Below are positions 1 to 8,403 of a DNA stretch of 64,000 nt, piece by piece. The stretch's first letter is position 1. Every line of letters starts with the position of its first letter. The position numbers and the translations under genes were made by a program. Location: IMG/VR virus record IMGVR_UViG_3300036766_002289, positions 326,040 to 390,039 of that record; one strand, 5' to 3'. The notes beneath the pieces were generated by a model. That model did not search any database. It saw only the letters and a list, made by a program, of their open reading frames with translations, and was not told the DNA's origin.

Positions 1-18
1 TTTGATGAGAACTTGTGG

Positions 19-594
19 TTAACACTTAATCCCAAGATATCCATATTCAATCTTAACTGGTCCCAATAGACTATTAGGAACTTCCATAGGAACAAAAGAA
101 GGCAATTTTTCTATATCTGCATATTTAAGAACTGTCATAATGCCACGATGGAGTTCGCCTTTTTCTTCGGCAGGGCGAGTATAAATTTTGTATAATTCGC
201 CCTTCTTGGCAACGATGTTATCCTTTATAATCTTACTGAGCATGTCTTTAAGGTCTTCTGTATGATACAGACCAAATTGAGCCTTTGTTATGAATTTGGC
301 TTCTTCATAAAGCATAAGTTGAGCAATAAGTTTATTGGCGAATGCCCAACCTGAACTTATTCTGCCATTTGCCCTGGCTAATTCAATCCAAGTAGAATTA
401 GCAGGGATTCTTTTTTTCCTGGCTTTAACATCTAATTTCCTGCCATTTAAATAACCATCTATCCCAGCGCAGTCTTCTTTGAGACTTGCATTAACATACT
501 TTTGTTTGTGAATCTTGCATACTTCCTCGAATAAGTTTTCCGCAAGTCGTCCTTCGAGACTAGAACCACGTCTATCATACTTATGAGCTTCCAT
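19..594 (-). CDS. PD-(D/E)XK-like nuclease (putative)
   Basis: E...IDGYLNGRKLDVKARK resembles a PD-(D/E)XK core. Start moved from 615 to MEAHK because AAGGAG precedes ATG 594. Confidence 0.45.
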   Translation of the reverse strand: MEAHKYDRRGSSLEGRLAENLFEEVCKIHKQKYVNASLKEDCAGIDGYLNGRKLDVKARKKRIPANSTWIELARANGRISSGWAFANKLIAQLMLYEEAKFITKAQFGLYHTEDLKDMLSKIIKDNIVAKKGELYKIYTRPAEEKGELHRGIMTVLKYADIEKLPSFVPMEVPNSLLGPVKIEYGYLGIKC

Positions 595-604
595 AATTCT
601 CCTT

Positions 605-1180
605 TTAAGCTGCATTCTTAGTTAATGTATAGCCAAATTTAGCTATGTGTTCGTAGAAAGATTTTTTCCTCCACCCACTAGGCTTAAGTGTGCCGTTATG
701 CACGCATCGCAATAATTCAGCACTCTCTAATATGAACAGGTTCCATTTTCCATATGCTGTGATATCAACAATTACAAAATAAGGATAAGAATCAATTGAA
801 TAAATTAGATCATCTATATCGCATGTTCTGCCTTTGCCCATAAACTCTGACAACTGAAATTTTACACCGCATTTAGTAAGACACCTTACACTAAGGGGAT
901 ATTCAAGCACCGCTGCGCTAATTTTGATTATAGCTAAAGCATCCCTTGATGGGTCAGACTTATCATATATCAGTGATGCTTTATTTCCACCAAAAGTAAC
1001 AGGTGAGGTTATATACTCAACCGCTCTTTCTGCAATTACGGAGGCGTGTCTTCCATCGGAAAAACTTTCGGCTAAGTGTGTAGCAGGCATAGATTTTCCA
1101 TTCATGCTAATTGAGATGCCCATGTCTATAGCATGACATATTTTTTCACAACTATTTAAAATAGGAGCATTTGACCACAT
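605..1180 (-). CDS. Hypothetical protein, possibly restriction-endonuclease-like
   Basis: Co-oriented and nearly abutting the DNA methyltransferase. FSDGR...AER...YD...CLTK-G-KF...MGKGR pattern recalls phage nuclease-like proteins. Weak call. Confidence 0.3.
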   Translation of the reverse strand: MWSNAPILNSCEKICHAIDMGISISMNGKSMPATHLAESFSDGRHASVIAERAVEYITSPVTFGGNKASLIYDKSDPSRDALAIIKISAAVLEYPLSVRCLTKCGVKFQLSEFMGKGRTCDIDDLIYSIDSYPYFVIVDITAYGKWNLFILESAELLRCVHNGTLKPSGWRKKSFYEHIAKFGYTLTKNAA

Positions 1181-1181
1181 A

Positions 1182-1994
1182 TTAAATCTCTTTTAATCTT
1201 TCTAAAGTCATTTGACAATAAGTTTCGTCTAATTCAATTCCAATACCATTGACGCTTAGTTTTTCTGTAGCTAGGAGTGTTGTGCCTGCACCTAGAAAGG
1301 GGTCCAACACAACCATGTCATTGCTAACTCCCGCCAACTTAATGCACATTTCTGGCAATTCCGTTGGAAAGCCAGCAGGATGTTCTTTTTTCTTTTGGAC
1401 CGTTTTGTAAGGAATGAACCATGTATTCCCTCTACATCTACGGTCGGGTTTGCCCTCCTTTTCTCCATGATTCCATCGTTCAATATTGCTTTTGTCTTGG
1501 TATGGGACACCCACACCGAGTCTGTCCAATGTCACTAGCCCACTTTTAGTAAAATGGAAAATAGACTCATGTTGGTCATTAAGATACCTTTTACTATTAA
1601 TGGGTTTGAAATGACCACTACTATGTTCGTTGATGGTGATTGACTTAACCCAAACGATGTTGTTTTGTAGTATTAATCCAGTATTCTTTGCTATTTCCAT
1701 ACAGACTTGCATAGCAATATATGGCAATGAAGGTTTATTACCGATATTAAGAAATAGTGAACCATTGTCTTTAAGGACTCTTTTTATTTCCGTTCCTATC
1801 TCACAAAGCCATGCAAGATAGGCTTCATTGGTCATACGATCTTCATAGGTCTTATATTTGATGCCAATGTTATATGGTGGACTAGTAACAACAACGTCCA
1901 CAGACCTATCTGGCATCAGTTTCATTTCCGCCAAACAATCGTAACAGATTACTTTCTGTTTATTAACAATCCATTCTTTTCTAGTGTCATTCAT
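1182..1994 (-). CDS. DNA methyltransferase, beta class (N4-C or N6-A)
   Basis: Catalytic VVTSPPYN N-terminal, HPAGFP, and SAM-binding VLDPFLGAGTT C-terminal. SPPY favours m4C. Likely start MNDTRK (track start 2036). Confidence 0.9.
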   Translation of the reverse strand: MNDTRKEWIVNKQKVICYDCLAEMKLMPDRSVDVVVTSPPYNIGIKYKTYEDRMTNEAYLAWLCEIGTEIKRVLKDNGSLFLNIGNKPSLPYIAMQVCMEIAKNTGLILQNNIVWVKSITINEHSSGHFKPINSKRYLNDQHESIFHFTKSGLVTLDRLGVGVPYQDKSNIERWNHGEKEGKPDRRCRGNTWFIPYKTVQKKKEHPAGFPTELPEMCIKLAGVSNDMVVLDPFLGAGTTLLATEKLSVNGIGIELDETYCQMTLERLKEI

Positions 1995-2049
1995 GGAACA
2001 AAAGATACAAGAAATGAAAAAATAAATCAATATCATCCTAAATACTTTG

Positions 2050-2538
2050 ATGGAAAAGTTTTTTCAATTTATTGACAAAAAAGAAAGAGAAGCCAAACAT
2101 CAGCTAAAGATTATTGAGAAAATCCTTGGTGGGCATGGCTTTACGGTCAAAGACCATATCAATGACGATGACCCATATGTGTTTGTTTACAATCCAGCAA
2201 AGAACACATTTTTTGATGGGATTCGCGTCTACAAGGTGGGGGATCAGTTGTCTTTCCGAGTTCAGAAAGAAGAAAAGACACACCCATTTGGCAGGGCATA
2301 TCCATTAGCAATTGAGGACATGTTTACGGATTTAGTATCAGACCACAAACCTGAAGAAGCTGGCAAAAAGATTATTGAAGCGGTTTTAACAGAAGTGAAG
2401 AAGTTTTTTGAAAAGAGTTCGGAGGCAGAAAAGGATATCAGGGACAAGCAGTTTGACAAAGACCCATTTGGTAAGGTTCAGGTTAGAAGTTCAGATTTTG
2501 GAATGGATTATAGTAACCTCACATATCAAAAAGCATGA
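2050..2538 (+). CDS. Hypothetical protein
   Basis: Clean 162-aa ORF. TAAATA at 2039-2044 lies just before ATG 2050. Confidence 0.7.
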   Translation: MEKFFQFIDKKEREAKHQLKIIEKILGGHGFTVKDHINDDDPYVFVYNPAKNTFFDGIRVYKVGDQLSFRVQKEEKTHPFGRAYPLAIEDMFTDLVSDHKPEEAGKKIIEAVLTEVKKFFEKSSEAEKDIRDKQFDKDPFGKVQVRSSDFGMDYSNLTYQKA

Positions 2539-2548
2539 TTTTTTGAAC

Positions 2549-2577
2549 TTGACTCAAATGAAGAAGTAGACTATAAT
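2549..2577 (+). promoter_or_regulatory. Sigma70-type promoter of HNH gene
   Basis: TTGACT-17 nt-TATAAT, ATG 7 nt downstream (leaderless-like). Confidence 0.8.
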
Positions 2578-2584
2578 ATGGTCT

Positions 2585-3523
2585 ATGAATAAATACACAA
2601 AAGAATTTGTTGAAAAATTTTACAAACAAAATGGCTGCCAACTCCTAGAAACGTATACTAATGCTCGTGATTCTTTAAGATATATGTGTAAATGCGGTAA
2701 CGTGGCCAGGAACAATTTCTTCAATTTCATGAAATCTCCATATTGCTGGGATTGTGCTGCTAGGAGTCAGTCTCATCCTCAAGAATATGTTGAGAATTGT
2801 TTCCAAGAAAGAGGATGCGAGCTTTTAGACACTTATAAAAACAATGGCACTAGAATGAAATTTAAATGTAAGTGCGGGGAAATTTCAACAATAACATTTG
2901 CATCATTCCATGACAAGGGTTGTTATTGCGAGAACTGCGGTGGTAAGAAGAAATTAAGCATTGAATACATCAAGGACGAGATGAACAAATTCAACTACAT
3001 TTTAATAAGTGATGAATATATTAATGCTCGGTCAAAACTCAAACTCAAGTGTGCCAAAGGGCATGATTGTGAAATAAGTTGGAACAATTTTCAAAAAGGG
3101 AAAAGATGTAGAACCTGCTTCATAGAAACAAAGTGGCATAAGCCAGAACATCGTCCATTTGTTCTGATGTGTAGGTCTTTACTAAGAAATTGCTTAAGAA
3201 ATATTAAGGTAAAGAAAACAGGCAAAACTGAACAGATGCTTGGCTACGATGGTAAACAACTTTACGAGCATGTTACCAATCATATTAATTGGAATGCAGT
3301 TAAAAATGGTGAGTGGCACCTAGACCATATCTTCCCAATCAAGGCTTTTTGTGATTATAATTTGCTAGATACTAAATTGATTAATTGCTTGGAAAACATA
3401 CAGCCATTGACAGGTGAAGATAATCTATTAAAAGACCAACATTCGCCTGTATCGTTAAAACTAGCCAAATATTCTAAGGAAAAATTTGAGAATTGGCTTC
3501 AATCTAAAAACATTAAATTTTAG
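2585..3523 (+). CDS. Free-standing HNH homing endonuclease with repeated Zn-finger-like modules
   Basis: Repeated CxCG...CxxC modules. C-terminal WHLDHIFPI...NCLENIQPL...N HNH-type motif. Confidence 0.8.
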   Translation: MNKYTKEFVEKFYKQNGCQLLETYTNARDSLRYMCKCGNVARNNFFNFMKSPYCWDCAARSQSHPQEYVENCFQERGCELLDTYKNNGTRMKFKCKCGEISTITFASFHDKGCYCENCGGKKKLSIEYIKDEMNKFNYILISDEYINARSKLKLKCAKGHDCEISWNNFQKGKRCRTCFIETKWHKPEHRPFVLMCRSLLRNCLRNIKVKKTGKTEQMLGYDGKQLYEHVTNHINWNAVKNGEWHLDHIFPIKAFCDYNLLDTKLINCLENIQPLTGEDNLLKDQHSPVSLKLAKYSKEKFENWLQSKNIKF

Positions 3524-3689
3524 GGTTATTCATTCTGCCAAAAGTCATGTTTTTTTGAAGTCTAATTTCTGGATTTCCAATAAATACTACCCAAATCAAG
3601 TCATGTTCTTGTGAATAGTCAATTATAAAATGTGCAAAGCCTTTTCCTCTTGGTGTTTCGAGTGGAATAGCAGGGTTTAGTTGTAGCAT
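3513..3689 (-). CDS. Small 58-aa phage protein missing from the ORF track
   Basis: Hand translation MLQLNPAIPLETPRGKGFAHFIIDYSQEHDLIWVVFIGNPEIRLQKNMTFGRMNNPKI. Fills the gap exactly and is divergent from 3705 across TATATA motifs. Confidence 0.7.
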   Translation of the reverse strand: MLQLNPAIPLETPRGKGFAHFIIDYSQEHDLIWVVFIGNPEIRLQKNMTFGRMNNPKI

Positions 3690-3691
3690 CA

Positions 3692-3705
3692 TATATAGTT
3701 ATATA
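3692..3705. promoter_or_regulatory. Two TATATA late-promoter-like motifs serving divergent genes
   Basis: TATATA at 3692-3697 and 3700-3705 between ATG 3689 (-) and ATG 3705 (+). Confidence 0.45.
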
Positions 3706-4205
3706 TGGCTGATATCCAATTACCTTCGAATATAAGTAGTCTTTGGCGAGCGACGGACTTTCCACAAAAAGGGACAACAACGGTAGTTCATAAAGGTAGT
3801 GTAATTAATTTTTTTTACATTGGGCAAAGAAGGACGCCAATTCACGATCCTTATCCACTGGTGCTGGTTTCGGATATTTTTACAGATGCGGTGAGGGGAG
3901 TTAACTTAAATTTGTTGGATGCACCTTACGTAACGTCATTGATTAAGACTTACTTAGACACGCCTTTTTCTTATGCTAATATAAAGGCGGATAATTATAT
4001 TATAGATGCGTTTAGGACTTATAAGAGGAGTGGGATTAGTAGTTTAAGGATGATGGATAGTAATTTCTTGAAAGGTTTGGCGCAGGTTGCAAGGTCGTTG
4101 GATGTGAATGAAATTGAGCAGATGCGTGGTCAGATTGAGGCATTAATAAGGCAGGCATCGCAGCAACCAACCGCACAGCCAGGAGAAATGGACTTTAATG
4201 CATAA
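3705..4205 (+). CDS. gp2: DNA end protector-like protein (T4 gp2-like)
   Basis: NFFY...HDPYPLVLV...GVNLNLL...FRTYK resembles the T4 gp2 family. Confidence 0.5.
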   Translation: MADIQLPSNISSLWRATDFPQKGTTTVVHKGSVINFFYIGQRRTPIHDPYPLVLVSDIFTDAVRGVNLNLLDAPYVTSLIKTYLDTPFSYANIKADNYIIDAFRTYKRSGISSLRMMDSNFLKGLAQVARSLDVNEIEQMRGQIEALIRQASQQPTAQPGEMDFNA

Positions 4206-4243
4206 ATAATTTGTCAATTCCATTTCATTTAATAATTTTTAGA

Positions 4244-4251
4244 TATAAATA
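4244..4251 (+). promoter_or_regulatory. T4-type late promoter
   Basis: Exact TATAAATA 7 nt before the tape-measure ATG. Confidence 0.65.
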
Positions 4252-4258
4252 AGGTAAT

Positions 4259-7200
4259 ATGTTGGACTCCCTTGGTAGAGACGTAGGCGATATTAAGAAC
4301 AATGTGCAGGCTATTAAAACTCAAATGTTGCAAGACATTGGGAAATCGGCCAAGGCTAATGGTTCCGACCCAAATAATAAGGAAGTTTTAAATAAAATTG
4401 CCACTCAACTAGAGACTATTGTTGGTTACAAACTAGATGTGCAATTTAAAGCTTTCAATAAGGCGCTGAATGATCTTGCTGAAGCCTGTGAAGACCTCGA
4501 TAAAAAAAAGGAAGATTTTAAAAAAGAAGCCAAAGAAATGGCGAAAGCAATTAACAATGATCCTACTGCAAGGGCTAACCATGCATTATTGCAAAACATA
4601 GCTGCCAACAAAGTAAATATCGGCGGCGGTGGAACAGCAAAACCAATTCCAGGACAACCCCGCGCTATTTCATCTATAAATAGCGGTGTTAACATAATAA
4701 GTAAATTTTTCCAAAATATGGTCGGTTTATTTAAAAAGAATAAAGGTATAGCAAGCGTGGCAGCAGGGACAACAGGTATGGGTGGTGGAGGTGGACCACC
4801 TCCACCAAAACCAGTGGCTGCTGGTGGTGAAGATGATGAGAAGAAGAAGAAAGAAACATGGAAAGAGTTCTTTAAAAGAACAGGGCAAGATCGTGGCAGT
4901 GAAATGACGGGGGTACTAACAGGTGGAAAGCCAATAGAGGCTATTGTAACTGGCTTGGGTAATTTATTAAGTAAAGGTTTAAGTAGTATTCCATTTGTAG
5001 GTGGGTTTTTAGGGGGGTTATTAGATGGTATATTAAAGCCACTATCTGATGAGTTAGAATACATTCGTGACATGTCTCGTGGTATGCTTAACACTTATGG
5101 GACTGGCATAGAAAACCTTAAGGGAAAAGTAGACGAATTTAGAGAGGCGTCACTTAAAACAGTGAGTGTTACAGGTCAAAGTCAATCACTTATATTAAAA
5201 GAACAAGCGAAGTATTACAAGAGGGGTATAACCGACCTCAAAACTCAAAATAGTGTTATGCGTGCTGGTTTACAGACTGCCACATTGATAAATTCTGATG
5301 CCGCTGAGACCTCTAGCATGTTTGCAGATTGGAGTCAACATCTTGGGGCATCAGAACATCAACTTAACATGATGGGTCGTGGTTTAGTTAATATAGGAAG
5401 ACAAAGTGGTTTGACAGGTCAAAATTTACTTCAAGTGGCAAAGGATTCTAAAACCTTCATGGAGAATATGAGATTGGCTGGAACATTCACAGCAAGCGCC
5501 GCCAATAACATCATGGGTATTATGGCTCAGGCACAAAAAACTGGTACGACGGCAGGCACTAGCAGAATTATGGCTGGATTAACTGGTGGTTTAATTGGCC
5601 CAGCTGTAGATGAAGGTACAAAAAGTACAATAATGAAGGCAGGTGGCTTAGGTGGTGCCAACATGATGGACCTTTTGGCTGGTACTGGAACGGAAGACCC
5701 AGAACAAATGAAACGAATCGCTAGTGGAATGGAGAAGTTAATTAGAATCTACAGTGGCGGTAAAAATCTAAATCAAATGACAATGCAGGAACGTGGCCTT
5801 GCGAGTCAGAGGATGGAGATTGGCGAAAGAGGACTTAAACTAAATGAAGCAGTATTAATTGCGCAAAACTTACGTAAAGGAGCCATGTCTTTTGATGAAC
5901 AATTGGCAGAGATTGGAGATAAATTAAACAGAAAGATTTATGCACCAGAAGAAGCACGAGTATTAAAAGAAAACGTTTTATTTGAAAAAGCGGATAAAAC
6001 AATAGAAGGTTTTAGGGACAATATGGAGCAAGCAAATCCAGAATTAAAAGACGCTTTAGACCAACAGGTGGCAATAGTTAATGCTAGGTCAAAGGAAGCG
6101 GGTGGTGCTGGTTTTTCCAGAGATGCTGGAGAAAGTAACGCAACATTATTAGAAAGAATACAAAAAGTTAACCAAGAAGCCGTTATAGCAGCAGAAAAGA
6201 AAAAAGACCCTTCTTTGAAACTTCTAAGTGATATTTATGAGATTGAGGCAATGATAAGGGAATATGTGTATGATGCAGTTTTTAATTTATTGCCGTTGAT
6301 TGCAACAGCTACTGGTGCGGTTCAAGAATGGGTTAGAAAAGCGTCCACTTTTATTAAAGAGACTGTATTCCCATTTTTCACAACTGAGTTATTTCCATTA
6401 TTTGAGAGAATTGGGGATTGGGTTTTTGGTATTTTCAAATTTCTTGACCCAAGAAGTGCTGCCGAAATTGTTGCAAACAGTCCTTTAACTAAGAAAATGA
6501 AACAAGATGTAGAAGATCAGCGTCTTGCTAATGCTGCCAATGCTGCTGGTGGGTTCGCAAACATGTCTCCAGCTGATCTTGCTAAAAAAAAGGCGGCAGT
6601 TGAGCAGGCACTTGCGGATAAGCAGGCAGTAAAGCCAGGGCTTGCGCAGGATATTAAAGATGCAATGGCGGTTAAGAGAGAAAAAGAATTTTTTGGGGCA
6701 GGACTTGTGCCACAAATTGCAGAAATTTTTCTAACCCCTGTTTGGAAAGCAAACGACATAAAAGAAAAACAAGCAAGAGAAGCATGGACAAAATTAGATG
6801 ATTCTACAAGAGTGTTGCAGAAAGACCTACAAGGTATTCAAACTCAAGAAACTTTTAATAAAGCCCTTCAAAATGCACAAACACCAGAACAAAGACAGGA
6901 TGTTCAGACTAAAATGGACAGGTATTATGAGTTGCAAAGAAAATCTGATGAGAATGTCGGGCCACGGGGCATTTTAGATAAACTTAAGGCATTCCCAGAA
7001 ATGCAAAATATCTTAAAAGAAGTAGGTAAAATGGCTTCAAACGCCGATAAGCCTGGTTCTATTTATACCCATGATGAATATCTTGAGGAATTGTTGCAAG
7101 GTGTGCCATCTTTAGTATCCGCAGCTATGCCAGGTGTAAATGTAGATGAAGAAGTTAAGAAAAGACAAATTGCCATTGACAATAGTAATGCAGAAATTGA

Positions 7201-7435
7201 AGCGAACACTAGTGATACAGCAAGCAACACTCGTCAAACGAATGTCTTACTAGGCACGCTTTTGAATGTCATAAGTAGGTCAGCTAGAAGGAGGGGCACA
7301 GATACACCAATTGCTGGGGAGGATGTTGATGATTCAGTATTTTTTGACCAGTTTATAGATGTTGATTGGGTCGATACGATAGCCAGAATGGTTGGTAATA
7401 CATGGGCACAAGGAAACCCAGGTAAGCATAACTAA
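4259..7435 (+). CDS. Tail tape measure protein
   Basis: 1058 aa, Ala/Gly/Lys-rich helical, hydrophobic GGFLGGLL segment, immediately upstream of the baseplate genes. Confidence 0.8.
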   Translation: MLDSLGRDVGDIKNNVQAIKTQMLQDIGKSAKANGSDPNNKEVLNKIATQLETIVGYKLDVQFKAFNKALNDLAEACEDLDKKKEDFKKEAKEMAKAINNDPTARANHALLQNIAANKVNIGGGGTAKPIPGQPRAISSINSGVNIISKFFQNMVGLFKKNKGIASVAAGTTGMGGGGGPPPPKPVAAGGEDDEKKKKETWKEFFKRTGQDRGSEMTGVLTGGKPIEAIVTGLGNLLSKGLSSIPFVGGFLGGLLDGILKPLSDELEYIRDMSRGMLNTYGTGIENLKGKVDEFREASLKTVSVTGQSQSLILKEQAKYYKRGITDLKTQNSVMRAGLQTATLINSDAAETSSMFADWSQHLGASEHQLNMMGRGLVNIGRQSGLTGQNLLQVAKDSKTFMENMRLAGTFTASAANNIMGIMAQAQKTGTTAGTSRIMAGLTGGLIGPAVDEGTKSTIMKAGGLGGANMMDLLAGTGTEDPEQMKRIASGMEKLIRIYSGGKNLNQMTMQERGLASQRMEIGERGLKLNEAVLIAQNLRKGAMSFDEQLAEIGDKLNRKIYAPEEARVLKENVLFEKADKTIEGFRDNMEQANPELKDALDQQVAIVNARSKEAGGAGFSRDAGESNATLLERIQKVNQEAVIAAEKKKDPSLKLLSDIYEIEAMIREYVYDAVFNLLPLIATATGAVQEWVRKASTFIKETVFPFFTTELFPLFERIGDWVFGIFKFLDPRSAAEIVANSPLTKKMKQDVEDQRLANAANAAGGFANMSPADLAKKKAAVEQALADKQAVKPGLAQDIKDAMAVKREKEFFGAGLVPQIAEIFLTPVWKANDIKEKQAREAWTKLDDSTRVLQKDLQGIQTQETFNKALQNAQTPEQRQDVQTKMDRYYELQRKSDENVGPRGILDKLKAFPEMQNILKEVGKMASNADKPGSIYTHDEYLEELLQGVPSLVSAAMPGVNVDEEVKKRQIAIDNSNAEIEANTSDTASNTRQTNVLLGTLLNVISRSARRRGTDTPIAGEDVDDSVFFDQFIDVDWVDTIARMVGNTWAQGNPGKHN

Positions 7436-7443
7436 GGAGATTA

Positions 7444-8043
7444 ATGCCAAGGGGAACTGAAAGAAGTGGTCGTTTAGCAGTATTGAGCAAGTGTAAGATC
7501 ATTACACCTTGCGGTACTATCTGTCTAAGAATTCTACCAGATATTTCTGACAGCAAAGGCGCAAACTATGCCCAAGAAAATGCCATAGGTAGAAGTAATC
7601 CTATGATTACTTTCGCTTATTCTGAGCCAAGAATGATTAATACAGAACTCCGCTTCATGACAACTACCACGGATGACATAAATGATAACTGGCGCTCAGT
7701 AAGTATAATAAAAAGTTTAGTTTATCCTGGCACAGCGACTGTTGATGGTGGGGCACCTTTTACGCCGCCACCTGTAGTAAAGTTTGTTTGCGGTGATTTA
7801 ATGGATGGTCCTAATGGACTTTGCCTGATACTTAAAAACTATAACTTAAGATGGCCTACTAATGTAGCATGGGATGAAGAAACTTATCTGCCATATCAGT
7901 TTTCAATAAGTTGCAGTTGGGAAGTTGTATATGCCTGTAAGAACTTGCCATCTAATAATTGTAGTACATGCGCTCCTGATAGTCAAGTAGATTGCGAACC
8001 AATTACTGGTGTTGGCATACCTTATGTTGCTGGAGGGGGGTAA
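7444..8043 (+). CDS. Baseplate tail-tube initiator (gp48/gp54, CIS-tube-like)
   Basis: ANY...IGRSNP...Y...R...PPPVVKFVCG pattern and position after the tape measure gene. Confidence 0.65.
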   Translation: MPRGTERSGRLAVLSKCKIITPCGTICLRILPDISDSKGANYAQENAIGRSNPMITFAYSEPRMINTELRFMTTTTDDINDNWRSVSIIKSLVYPGTATVDGGAPFTPPPVVKFVCGDLMDGPNGLCLILKNYNLRWPTNVAWDEETYLPYQFSISCSWEVVYACKNLPSNNCSTCAPDSQVDCEPITGVGIPYVAGGG

Positions 8044-8068
8044 TCCAAAACCGATTACGGGGTAAAAT

Positions 8069-8395
8069 ATGGCCAATGAAATGAGTTATACGAATTATGG
8101 AACTAAAAACTTAGTCACGGCAACTAGTCGTTATGCATATAGGTCCGTAGTACATTACGGTAGTTTAAATAAGGTCACATTTGCCATTTATAAAACACCT
8201 GCAATCGGCCCATCTTCAGATGATAAGTTTTATGAGATAACTAAAGAGGTAGAGTTTAGACCAGATTTAGTATCTTTCAGGTTCTATGGATTGCCAGATT
8301 TTTGGTGGCGTATTATGGAAGTAAATAAGATGAAGGATATCATGGAGTTCAGAGCGGGCAGAAATATAAGATTGCCTGGTGGTTCATTGATGTAA
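8069..8395 (+). CDS. gp53: Baseplate wedge LysM-like protein (gp53-like)
   Basis: RPDLVSFRFYG-PDFWWRIMEVN...GRNIRLP. Confidence 0.75.
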   Translation: MANEMSYTNYGTKNLVTATSRYAYRSVVHYGSLNKVTFAIYKTPAIGPSSDDKFYEITKEVEFRPDLVSFRFYGLPDFWWRIMEVNKMKDIMEFRAGRNIRLPGGSLM

Positions 8396-8403
8396 GGAGG
8401 AAT

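Noticed and set aside
4426-5094. 222-aa antisense ORF in the tape measure gene
   Set aside because: Shadow of Gly/Pro/Lys-biased sense codons, with no SD and no recognisable motif
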